NCBI GenBank assembly: GCA_033763455.1
Contig: JANRKO010000062.1
Coordinates: 32,001-96,000 of the forward strand
DNA: 64,000 nucleotides
DNA from: Polyangiaceae bacterium
GTDB lineage: Bacteria > Myxococcota_A > Polyangia > Polyangiales > Polyangiaceae
Direction of reading: 5' to 3'
Shown: positions 9,833-18,543 of the stretch, one piece after another
Layout of the letters: each line of letters begins with the position of its first letter
Numbering within the stretch: the first letter of the stretch is position 1
The notes under the pieces: generated by a model
The model's input: the letters and a program-made list of their open reading frames with translations, nothing else
The model's database searches: none
Told to the model about the DNA's origin: nothing
Position numbers and translations under genes: made by a program

Positions 9833-10637
9833 GGGGTAGTCCTGAGCTCGGTTGAGGGAGGTGGAGGGTTTTGAGTTCATGCAGGTGCTTCTGTTGCCAG
9901 CACACGCCAAGATGGGTTCGGTTGAGGGCCATGAGCTCGGGCTCTCTGCTCAGCAACTCTAAGATCTCCGGCAGCGAGAAGGCGGCCCCAAACCTCGGGA
10001 GGAGTCGCTCAAAAACAGCCCGAATGAATTGGTAGTCGGCTTCGTAATCCAAGACGAAGCGATGGGTGGCCGAGTAATCCCCACCCCCGGGGTAGAGCAC
10101 ATTACCGATCCGAAAGCGCTCGTTATTGTCCCAAATGAACGGAGTGGTGTGCTCACGCTCAAATGGCCTTTGCGCTTCTATCCACGCAGTCTTGAGCGCA
10201 TCCATCGTCATGATTTCCACGTCGTTGCCGTCTGGCCAACTCGGGGGCTGAAGGTTGCTGACGAAGTCGAAGTTGTCCTTGTTCTCCAGAAAGTAGCCAA
10301 GGACGTGATCCAGTGCGGCCGGATCTATGAGTGGACAGTCGGACGGGATCTTCACAACCACGTCAGCTCCAAACTGCAAGGCTGCGCGATAGTGACGATC
10401 CAAAAGATCGTTGGTGCTGCCGCGAAACACCAGAATGTTGCGCTCTTGGCACAGGCTCACGATGGCGGCATCTTCGGGTTCTGAAGTGGTTGCAACCACC
10501 AACTCGAACTGGCTTTTTGCGGCTCGAATGCGCTCTAACATTCGGACCAAGACTGGCTCTCCAAGGAGCGGCAACAGCACTTTTCCCGGCAAGCGTGATG
10601 ACCCAAGCCGAGCTTGAACAACAACGAGTGTTCTCAC
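9819..10637 (-). CDS. SpsF/PseF-like cytidylyltransferase (CMP-ulosonate synthetase family)
   Basis: QARLGSSRLPGKVL, RGSTNDLLDR, SDCPLIDP, DGNDVE and REHTTP. GTG start overlaps the upstream TGA (GTGA). Confidence 0.85.
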   Translation of the reverse strand: MRTLVVVQARLGSSRLPGKVLLPLLGEPVLVRMLERIRAAKSQFELVVATTSEPEDAAIVSLCQERNILVFRGSTNDLLDRHYRAALQFGADVVVKIPSDCPLIDPAALDHVLGYFLENKDNFDFVSNLQPPSWPDGNDVEIMTMDALKTAWIEAQRPFEREHTTPFIWDNNERFRIGNVLYPGGGDYSATHRFVLDYEADYQFIRAVFERLLPRFGAAFSLPEILELLSREPELMALNRTHLGVCWQQKHLHELKTLHLPQPSSGLPHATN

Positions 10638-11623
10638 GCCGCCACCTCGCCTCGCAAATCGGCCCGTTCGGTGGCTAGGAGTTCGCGGCAAACATCCGCA
10701 ATGCGCTTGGCGGCCTCACCGTTTTGCTCTGGCACGAGCTCCACCAACTCCTCCATGGGGTGGTACGAGTAGCACTCCTTTCCGAGTGCCAAGCCAACGA
10801 ACACCACCGAGGAATACTGGGTGATGAGAACTTCCGAGTTGGCAATCATGGCGTTGGTGTCGCCACTGTCGAAAACGAGTGCATCGGGCACCCAACGTTT
10901 AAGCTCGCGGGTTGCCCGCTGGGCATTTTCGTTGGGATGGAGCTTGAAAATTAGGGGGCGACCAGCGGCTTTTTCAACAGCCCAATCGACGAATTTACGG
11001 CGTTTGTCGAGCTTGAGGGTTTCCCGAGCGTCGGAAGTACACACCAGTGCATAACCACGATAGGGAAACTCATTGTTGAGGAAACGCGCGCAGTTGTCGA
11101 AGTTCGGTATGCCTGTCACGATAAGGCGATCTTCGGGAACGCCGCGCTCAGCGAAGTAGCGCTTATAGCCTGCGCTCGCCACGCAGAAGCGTGAGTAGGC
11201 ACGGCTCATCCCTGTCGTGATGGTCCCCGCAATCCATCGTGGAAGTACCGGGAATTTGCGCACCAAATCCCCTAATACGTTGTTCGGATCCAGGATCCCT
11301 TCCTGCACTAAAACGGTAGGCACCCCGCGAATGTTGTCTGGAATCACGATGTCCGAACACGTGAGCACCAGATCATACCGGCCTCGCCGCCCTCCAATAT
11401 CAAGGTTCAGGCCGTTCGCCTCAAGGTAATCTAGGCATCGGCGCGTCAGCTTGTTGCCCGCGATCGAGAACTCGCACAGCCTCGCTTTCTTGGCAAAGTC
11501 AAGGATGGGTCCGCCGTAGTAGGGAGTAAAATAGGCTTCTGCCTCCGGCAAAAAGCTCGAAATTTGATGCATTTGCGTGGTCTGGTTGAGGGAGCCACAG
11601 ATGTAGAGAACTCGCAGGGTCAT
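10634..11623 (-). CDS. Uncharacterised GT-B-fold protein (NeuC-epimerase-like / CMP-sugar transferase-like)
   Basis: LVQEG, VTGIPNFD, FKLHP and ITQYSSV..GLALGK resemble GT-B nucleotide-binding halves. Translationally coupled to spsF-like gene. Confidence 0.6.
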   Translation of the reverse strand: MTLRVLYICGSLNQTTQMHQISSFLPEAEAYFTPYYGGPILDFAKKARLCEFSIAGNKLTRRCLDYLEANGLNLDIGGRRGRYDLVLTCSDIVIPDNIRGVPTVLVQEGILDPNNVLGDLVRKFPVLPRWIAGTITTGMSRAYSRFCVASAGYKRYFAERGVPEDRLIVTGIPNFDNCARFLNNEFPYRGYALVCTSDARETLKLDKRRKFVDWAVEKAAGRPLIFKLHPNENAQRATRELKRWVPDALVFDSGDTNAMIANSEVLITQYSSVVFVGLALGKECYSYHPMEELVELVPEQNGEAAKRIADVCRELLATERADLRGEVAA

Positions 11624-11631
11624 ACCGTGAT

Positions 11632-12678
11632 CTAGTTGGTTGTAAGTGTTGTGGGCGTTAAGTGGAAAGTGCGTGGGAGCGCAAAAAGGCCGTAGCCTAT
11701 ACTGGCCCAGAAGAGCTCTTTGCCGCGCTTCAGTAGGCTAAAGGCAGCAGCTGTTGAGACAGGATCGACCACCCCGAGTGCTCGGAAGAACGTAAAGTAC
11801 CCTAGGTCTTGGATGCCAAGCCCTGCCGGAACTACAACAATCAAGCTGCGCGCTAGGCTGAGGAGGACCTCGAAGCTCATCACCTCTGCCAAGCTCAACC
11901 GAGCGCCGAGAAGGCTCAAGATCACCCAGGTTTCCACCGATTCCATGGCCCACAAGAGGACAATTGGAGCCACCTGGGTGAGCCCCACCGGGCGATGGAA
12001 GAAGCGCTGTAGCGTGGCGTCAGTGGCAGAGAAGTGCGGTGACGCACGCAATAGGGTGCGCCGAAAGGCTTCGCTCGGGATCCGCAGCAACACTCTTAGG
12101 GTGAAGGTTGCAAGCGCGCCGCGGTTTAGACCGGAACCAAACACGATGGCCACCGTTCCGAGTGTGATGGCGGCCACCAGCGGAGCCCACTGTAAAGCGG
12201 TGGAATTGATTAGTTTTTGCGAAGCTTGTGCGAGCGCCTCATGACCTACAAGAAATGCGACCAAGAGAAACCACGCCTGCGATAGCGCGAGCAGGTACTT
12301 GCGCACCCCCACTGCCGCCACGCCGGCTGATACGGGAAGGCCTCCCCGTTGGAGCAAGGCAGCTGTGGCAGAATCACACACGAGTTGTCCGAACGGCAGA
12401 GTGAGCGAAAGCGCTTCCGTCTTCAGGCGGACACGCAAAAGCCCCACAAATGGCACCGCATGACCGAGACGAAGAATGGCGTTTCGCCAGCCCCAGGTCT
12501 CACTGCCGACTGCCAAGGCGTATGGGAGCAAAACGAGGGGGAGCGCCGCCGGATGGAGCCGCCCTAGCAGTGCGGTTACTTGATTGAGCTGGGCGTGGCG
12601 GAAAGTCCAGGCGAGCAATCCTAACGCTGCGACAACGCCAAGCGTTGCAAGAGTGCGCCGATGCTTTGCTCGACCCAT
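11632..12678 (-). CDS. Lysylphosphatidylglycerol-synthase TM-region (UPF0104, flippase-like) membrane protein
   Basis: Multi-TM protein with VPAGLGIQD motif and ...KRGKELFW. Confidence 0.75.
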   Translation of the reverse strand: MGRAKHRRTLATLGVVAALGLLAWTFRHAQLNQVTALLGRLHPAALPLVLLPYALAVGSETWGWRNAILRLGHAVPFVGLLRVRLKTEALSLTLPFGQLVCDSATAALLQRGGLPVSAGVAAVGVRKYLLALSQAWFLLVAFLVGHEALAQASQKLINSTALQWAPLVAAITLGTVAIVFGSGLNRGALATFTLRVLLRIPSEAFRRTLLRASPHFSATDATLQRFFHRPVGLTQVAPIVLLWAMESVETWVILSLLGARLSLAEVMSFEVLLSLARSLIVVVPAGLGIQDLGYFTFFRALGVVDPVSTAAAFSLLKRGKELFWASIGYGLFALPRTFHLTPTTLTTN

Positions 12679-12808
12679 GATTGGGTGACCGTAGTGACGT
12701 CAGATGACAGTTCGGCGACGGTTTCATAACGTATTGGGCGCAGACAAAACATCGGGCGCCTGGGAGGCGGGGATTGACAGCTGTTGGCGAGCCCCACAAA
12801 AGCTCGGC

Positions 12809-13927
12809 ATGCACCAAGCTCGTGGCGTCTGGCTGTTTGGGATATCTTTCCTCTTTGCGGGTTGCGGGGACAAAGCAAGTCCACCCGTGAGCGACACGGC
12901 CTTAGGTGGAGCGACGAGTTCCGGCGGAGCTAGTGTGAGGGCCGGTGGAAGTGGTGGCGGGGGAGGCGCTGCGGGCGGTGCAAGCGCAGGAGGGAGTGTG
13001 GCGGCTGGAGGCACTGTCGCCGCTGCTGGCGCACTGAATCCTTCTGGAGGTAATGGTGGAGCGGGTGGAGCTGGGCAAGTCGCGTGCGTACGGGATCAAG
13101 ACTGTTTCGACGGAAACTTCTGTAACGGCGAGGAAGTCTGTTCTCCGGGTGCGCCGGGTACGGATGCGCGTGGGTGTAAGCCTGCGCTCGCAGGGCCTTG
13201 CGCTGGCGATACGCTCTGCGATGAGGCAACGTATCGCTGCGTGGGCGCTTGCCCTGTTGTAGGCGCGCAGCAGTCTCTTGTGCCCACAATTGCCTCAGAA
13301 TTTTCGCTGGCGCAGGAGTTTGGTTCAAACGTTTCGGTAGCGCTGGCGCCACTTGATGCAGACGGGGACGGCGCTGCGTGGGATGTGGACTGCGACGATA
13401 ACAACCCCAACCGTTACCCTGGAAATACGGAGGTGTGTGACCTTCAGAACGTGGACGAAGACTGCAACCCAGCCACCTTCGGTCTAATCGATCAAGACGG
13501 GGACGGTGCTATCTCCGCCTCGTGCTGCAACGCGCAGCCCTCTGGCGGCCCTCTGTGCGGTACCGATTGCGACGACTTGCATTCGAACGTCAAGCCAGGT
13601 GTCTTGGAAACCTGCAATCACGTCGACGACAATTGCGACGGAGTCGTCGACGATGGCGTCGGTCAAGTGGGCTATCGGGATCAGGATGGTGATGGTTTTG
13701 GAGACCCTGGCTGCACGCGGTCCGTTTGCGGGGTCGAGAACGGCTACGTTCTGAATGCGAATGACTGTGACGACACACGGCCAGCCATCGGTGTTGGCAG
13801 CCAGGTTTGCGCGCCAGATGGACAGGCGGTGTTGTTGTGCGCTTCTCCCGCCACTTTCTCGCGTCTACCGTGCCCCAAAGGCAAGGTTTGCGTCTCCCAG
13901 CCGGACGGCACCGGTCGGTGCGAGTAG
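12809..13927 (+). CDS. Cys-rich lipoprotein with MopE-like putative metal-binding repeats
   Basis: Lipobox FAGC, Gly linker, repeats DxDGDG...DCDD..P...PG..E.C...DxxCDG. Start trimmed to ATG 12809. Confidence 0.75.
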   Translation: MHQARGVWLFGISFLFAGCGDKASPPVSDTALGGATSSGGASVRAGGSGGGGGAAGGASAGGSVAAGGTVAAAGALNPSGGNGGAGGAGQVACVRDQDCFDGNFCNGEEVCSPGAPGTDARGCKPALAGPCAGDTLCDEATYRCVGACPVVGAQQSLVPTIASEFSLAQEFGSNVSVALAPLDADGDGAAWDVDCDDNNPNRYPGNTEVCDLQNVDEDCNPATFGLIDQDGDGAISASCCNAQPSGGPLCGTDCDDLHSNVKPGVLETCNHVDDNCDGVVDDGVGQVGYRDQDGDGFGDPGCTRSVCGVENGYVLNANDCDDTRPAIGVGSQVCAPDGQAVLLCASPATFSRLPCPKGKVCVSQPDGTGRCE

Positions 13928-13947
13928 TTGGTGCGGGATCGCTCGCA

Positions 13948-15882
13948 TCACTCCCAGGCGCTTTTCCAGGCCCCCGAAGCCTGGGCAAATTCTATCCAGC
14001 TCTTGTAGTACTCATGCCCACCTAGAGTTGCGCTATCCCCAATCACAAGCAAGAAGCTGCGCGCGCGTGTGATGGCGACGTTGGTGCGGCGCACGTCCGA
14101 AAGGAAGCCGATTTGGCCTGTGTCGTTGGAACGCACGAGGTCCAAAACGATGACCTCTTTTTCGCGCCCCTGAAAGCCGTCCACGGTTCCGATCTCTAGC
14201 CCTTGCGCCACTTCCGTAGCTAGCAGCTCTCGTAGCAGCTTCACCTGGGCTGAGTACGGCGTGATGGCGGCGATTTCGGTCGCGGGCACACCACGGGCCA
14301 GGAGGCGCTGGATCTCGGTGGCGGTGCGCGCCGCTTGAGCCGGATTACTGGTGCTGGCGTTAAGCAGAGGATCGCTTTCGGAAAAGCCCATGCCTGCTGT
14401 ATCGAGGAATAAGAAGGGGCCGGGGCGTTCGGGGTCGGGAGCAATTCCCGGCAAATCCTCCAGCCTGCGCCCCAGCACCGATGCATCCGTTTGCAGCCGG
14501 TTTTGATACATACTGAGCGACGGGTAGGCTATGAGCCCTTCATGCATGCGGTATTGCACCGTGAGCATGCGCGTACAGGTTTCTTTCCAATGTGCCGAAA
14601 GGCGCTCGAACAGCGTTGTTCCCAGGCCCTCACGCGCAGCGTCCCGATCGATCACCGTGGGGGAAAGCTGCTGCGGATCACCCGCCAGGATCCAGAGCTT
14701 GCCCCGCTCAAGCGCGGCCAAAGCAATTGGATCTTGAGCTTGGGTGGCTTCATCCACAATTACCATATCGAAACGCGCTTCCCCCAAGAGAGAAGTATCC
14801 ACGCCGCCACACGTCGTACACACCACCCGGCAGCGCCGGAGCACCTTGGCTCGTGCTGCATCGAACGAACGGCGCGCATCCTGCGAAAGACGCTGAGCTT
14901 CCGCCAAGAGATCTTTCCCAGTGGATTTGGTGAGGCTTCCGCGCGCTTTTCGCTTGTGTTGCCGGTTGCGGAGTGCGCGCGCTTCGGCGAGCCACTTTTG
15001 AGCTAACTTGCTTTCTTCGGTCTGCTCGATCAAGACGTCCATGGTGCGCGCCTCAACGGCGGGCGAGATGCGTGCGGGGTGCCCGAGCCGCAGTGGCTTC
15101 AACCCCGCTTTCAGCATGCGTTCGGTCAAATTATCGACTGCGGTGTTACTGGGAGCAGTGACCAACACACTTTGGTCCCGCTGCAGCGCTTGCCGAACCA
15201 CTTCCACTAGAGTTTGCGTCTTGCCTGTACCCGGTGGGCCGTGGATAAGCGCGATTTCTTGGGCTTGAAGAGCGAAGCGCACTGCTTGTTTCTGGCTTTC
15301 ATTCAGATTGGGATCTTTGAAAGGCACTCCGGGCAGTGCGTTTTCAAAACGGGGCGCTCGGCCACCGAAGAGTACTTCCCTGCCGCTTCGCAGATCTTTG
15401 CTCCCTAAGAACGCGTTGATGGCGTTTTTTCCGCGTTCGAACGTAACCTCGGGCGCTTCGCGATCGAGATTCATCGCTCCCTCTTCGATGAAGTCAGCAT
15501 AGTTGGCGCCTACCATCACGGCGATGCGATCGTCGGTCCGGCGTACCAGTGTGCCGCGTTCCCCCGTTTTGGGATCGGGGTGCCCTTGCCAGAGCAATAC
15601 AGGCTCTCCGCCGTTCAATCTGAAGTTTGCGAGCGTCTTCGGATCGCTCGGTCGGAGCCAGAGCAGAGCTCGGCCACCCAGCTTGGCCTCCACTTCATCG
15701 AGGTGAAGCTTCTGCAGAGCCGTGCCGCGCCGGATGCGCTCCACCAATGGCGTGGCCACTCGTTGTTCGTGTTCCGCGTCGCGAGTGGCTGTGAGCTCTT
15801 TTTTCCAGAGCCCTAGCAGTTGATAGAGCGCTGCTTCGGCCTGGGTTCCTGGATCCTGCATGGGTGCCCGTTGTACGGGCAA
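13948..15882 (-). CDS. Superfamily 1 helicase, IGHMBP2/UPF1/DNA2-like
   Basis: LNESQ, HGPPGTGKT, VDEATQ, AGDPQQL, QYRMH, TVDGFQGREKE and NVAITRAR. Confidence 0.92.
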   Translation of the reverse strand: MPVQRAPMQDPGTQAEAALYQLLGLWKKELTATRDAEHEQRVATPLVERIRRGTALQKLHLDEVEAKLGGRALLWLRPSDPKTLANFRLNGGEPVLLWQGHPDPKTGERGTLVRRTDDRIAVMVGANYADFIEEGAMNLDREAPEVTFERGKNAINAFLGSKDLRSGREVLFGGRAPRFENALPGVPFKDPNLNESQKQAVRFALQAQEIALIHGPPGTGKTQTLVEVVRQALQRDQSVLVTAPSNTAVDNLTERMLKAGLKPLRLGHPARISPAVEARTMDVLIEQTEESKLAQKWLAEARALRNRQHKRKARGSLTKSTGKDLLAEAQRLSQDARRSFDAARAKVLRRCRVVCTTCGGVDTSLLGEARFDMVIVDEATQAQDPIALAALERGKLWILAGDPQQLSPTVIDRDAAREGLGTTLFERLSAHWKETCTRMLTVQYRMHEGLIAYPSLSMYQNRLQTDASVLGRRLEDLPGIAPDPERPGPFLFLDTAGMGFSESDPLLNASTSNPAQAARTATEIQRLLARGVPATEIAAITPYSAQVKLLRELLATEVAQGLEIGTVDGFQGREKEVIVLDLVRSNDTGQIGFLSDVRRTNVAITRARSFLLVIGDSATLGGHEYYKSWIEFAQASGAWKSAWE

Positions 15883-15891
15883 ACGCGTGCG

Positions 15892-17739
15892 TCAGTCGAC
15901 TTGGCGGCGCACTCCGCGCCGGAAGACGGCCACCATGCCGGCTAATATGCCGAGGAAGGCAAGGCTGTTGGCGCCGGAGGTGCCGTGATGGCTCGAGGCA
16001 GAGCAACCCGACGACTCAACACTGCCGTCGTCGATGGGCACCGCAGTTCCGCTGTCAGGGCCCGTGCCTGATCCATTTCCGGTCGCTCCCGTACCGTTGC
16101 CGGTCATGGCTACGTTCCCAGAGCCGCCCGAGGCATTCATGGTAGTGGGATGCACTGTCGGCATTGGCTTCGCGAGGCCTGCGCTATACGCCGCGGTCTC
16201 TGCAACGATAGCAGCGGAGTTGTCTTCAAGTACTCGGCCAGCACCTGTTTCAGCCTGCCGCAGGATGCGCTGGTTCGCAGGGCCCATACTGAAATCGGGC
16301 CAGGTGTTGAGTGTTGCCGGCGTGCCGCGAATAACGCCCCCTTTGGGCAGCTCGATGCGCCACGGTGCCTCGGATTGGTAGAAGCCTTTAGCGCATTCAA
16401 TAATGCGCTCCGCGGTGTGAAGGTTGCTCACGGGGGCAAGTTCAGGATTGAACGCAAACAACGGATCCACGGTCATTTCCGCTGCTGAAAGCGTGGTGTA
16501 CATGCGGGTGACCTGTGGGTGTGCATCTAACAGCTGCTGCACCACGCGGGCCGGCTGAATAACGTCAGCTTCGAGCGCGGCTATGAACTTTGCGGGGTCC
16601 AGGCTAACCCTACACGGCGTCGGGAAATAGCAGGTCTGGAGGACCTCGCTCGCTTGGCCGGGGGGCACCGTAACTTCCTTGGCAACCATGTCCCAGAAGC
16701 CCTCTGCGGCGCCGTATTGGTTACGCGCCTGCACGAAGAGCTCATCCGGACCTGAAAACGGCTGTTGCTTGAAGTTTTGCCACAATTGCTCTTCGTTCGC
16801 AGACCAAACGAACTCTTTGAGGGCTGAAGTGGGCTGTGCATACTCCGTTACGAAGCCCTGCCCACCCGCGTCATTCGCAGCGGCCGTGACTACATCGTTG
16901 TAGTTCTGGGAAGCATTGAACCAGTTGATGCGCGCTTCGTTCAGTTCCAGAGCGTTGTAGTTCTGGGGAATGGCTTGGGCGTCGCCCAAGATCCAGGTCA
17001 TCACGCCCATGTTTTCGTTCGCGGCTACGGCCGTAAGCTTGATGGGTATCATGGGTTTGGTTGCATTATAAGTGAGCACCAAGGGGCGAATCGAACCAGT
17101 ATCCGCTCCCTTAACGAGGCGCAGCGCCAACAGATGCATGCCGTCAGCTAGGTACGGTCCGAGCAGGGCAGGGGCGCCGGCGGGGACGTCGTAACCATTT
17201 GCCGTGAGCCACTGAACGGCAGCATCCGCGGGATTGGGGAGGCTCGCTTCCAGCGAAATTACCTTATACTCAAAGGCACCTACGATCCCCATAGCGGACA
17301 CGGTAACCGCGCCCCCGACGCCCGACGTCGGTGGACCTGCAGCTGCGCCCCCGGTGCCAGCCGCCCCGAAAAATGGGCTGTTCGGCTCAACATCGCATGT
17401 GCCTTCCACCCGCGTGGTCAAAGAGTAGTTCGGGTTCGTGGCTTGCTGCAGTCGCTGAAAAGCGCTGTTGGAGGCCACAGCGATCTGGTCCGTGTTGGGG
17501 ACCGAAGAGATGGGCAACAACCAAGAAAAGTTCTGCGAGGGCCCCTGGTATTGGATCTCGATCACGGCGGTGACCGTCCCGTTGTTATTCTTCGCGAAAA
17601 TGATGCGCTCCGCCGCCTGATTTACAGGCTGCGTTTGCGAGCAGAAAAAGCCACCACACGCTTCGGCTTGGCTCACGCCCACCCAAGTGGCCATTCCCAA
17701 CACGCCCGAAAGCAACCCTCGAAATGCACGCTTCTTCAT
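15892..17739 (-). CDS. DUF2330-domain surface protein with MYXO-CTERM-like C-terminal anchor
   Basis: Signal peptide then ACGGFFC...VNQAAERIIF, PMIPIKLTAVAA, FVTEYA and TRMYTTLS..EMTVDP. C-terminus is SSGCS + TM + RR. Confidence 0.8.
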   Translation of the reverse strand: MKKRAFRGLLSGVLGMATWVGVSQAEACGGFFCSQTQPVNQAAERIIFAKNNNGTVTAVIEIQYQGPSQNFSWLLPISSVPNTDQIAVASNSAFQRLQQATNPNYSLTTRVEGTCDVEPNSPFFGAAGTGGAAAGPPTSGVGGAVTVSAMGIVGAFEYKVISLEASLPNPADAAVQWLTANGYDVPAGAPALLGPYLADGMHLLALRLVKGADTGSIRPLVLTYNATKPMIPIKLTAVAANENMGVMTWILGDAQAIPQNYNALELNEARINWFNASQNYNDVVTAAANDAGGQGFVTEYAQPTSALKEFVWSANEEQLWQNFKQQPFSGPDELFVQARNQYGAAEGFWDMVAKEVTVPPGQASEVLQTCYFPTPCRVSLDPAKFIAALEADVIQPARVVQQLLDAHPQVTRMYTTLSAAEMTVDPLFAFNPELAPVSNLHTAERIIECAKGFYQSEAPWRIELPKGGVIRGTPATLNTWPDFSMGPANQRILRQAETGAGRVLEDNSAAIVAETAAYSAGLAKPMPTVHPTTMNASGGSGNVAMTGNGTGATGNGSGTGPDSGTAVPIDDGSVESSGCSASSHHGTSGANSLAFLGILAGMVAVFRRGVRRQVD

Positions 17740-17860
17740 CGCAACTAACCTCTCGCAGAAGACTTCCCCACCGCACCCCTGACGTCCGATGCCGCTTGCC
17801 GCCCGGATTGGCACAAGGTGGCACAGTTTTGAGGGTTGGAAAGCATCGGTTCAAATCTTG

Positions 17861-17876
17861 TGCAAGCTCAATGCCA
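17861..17876 (-). promoter_or_regulatory. Sigma54 (-24/-12) promoter for the DUF2330 gene
   Basis: Minus strand reads TGGCATTGAGCTTGCA, i.e. GG-N10-GC, close to the consensus TGGCAC-N5-TTGC. Confidence 0.6.
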
Positions 17877-17946
17877 CCGGAGAATCCACCCGTGGCGCTC
17901 AAGATTGGGGAGGGTGAGCCGCACTCGAAGCCGCCTAGTACCGCCC

Positions 17947-17962
17947 CGGCACGAAAACTGCT
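17947..17962 (+). promoter_or_regulatory. Sigma54 (-24/-12) promoter for the lipoprotein/haloperoxidase genes
   Basis: CGGCACGAAAACTGCT, i.e. GG-N10-GC. Confidence 0.5.
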
Positions 17963-17974
17963 CTGGTGCCACCC

Positions 17975-18475
17975 ATGGTTCGGAGCTGCATCGTTTGGGG
18001 CGCATGCCTGCTCGCGCTCAGTTGCGGCAGCGTAGAGCCGGGCGCTACCCCCGTCGTGGAACCGGACGTGGTGAGTGTTGAGCTTGGAATTCCAGCGGGG
18101 GATGGCTTAGATTTTGCGCCCATCAAGGATGGGGACGAATTGTACGTGCAGACCTTCGGCCAAGGCGGCACGCATGTTCTAGTAGGCGTTCGTTGTCTGG
18201 GATTCGGGAGCCGTGCGTTCATTTCGGCGGAGCTCACCAACCTTAGCACTGGCGTTCAGGTAGAAGAGCCGGCACCCGCGCGGCCTCAGCTTCTCTACTG
18301 TACCGAAGGCGGCCCTTGCGATCTGGTGCCCTATCTCGTGCACACGAGTGGCCTTGTGCCAAGCGGCGTGAAGGGTGCCGGTGTGCATGCACGGTTACGG
18401 ATCAAGGCTCGCACCGAGGCGGGGCTACAAGCCGAAGGCGAACGGGAAGTTTTACTGAACACGAGCAATCTTTGA
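17975..18475 (+). CDS. Hypothetical lipoprotein (GQGGxH-motif type)
   Basis: Lipobox LALSC and QTFGQGGTHVLVGVR motif. Co-oriented with the haloperoxidase gene. Confidence 0.7.
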   Translation: MVRSCIVWGACLLALSCGSVEPGATPVVEPDVVSVELGIPAGDGLDFAPIKDGDELYVQTFGQGGTHVLVGVRCLGFGSRAFISAELTNLSTGVQVEEPAPARPQLLYCTEGGPCDLVPYLVHTSGLVPSGVKGAGVHARLRIKARTEAGLQAEGEREVLLNTSNL

Positions 18476-18543
18476 GGTACGGGACGCGCAATCTAGCGGC
18501 TTTAGAAAGTCTGAACCCTAACGCTAAGAGCTAGGAAGAGAAT

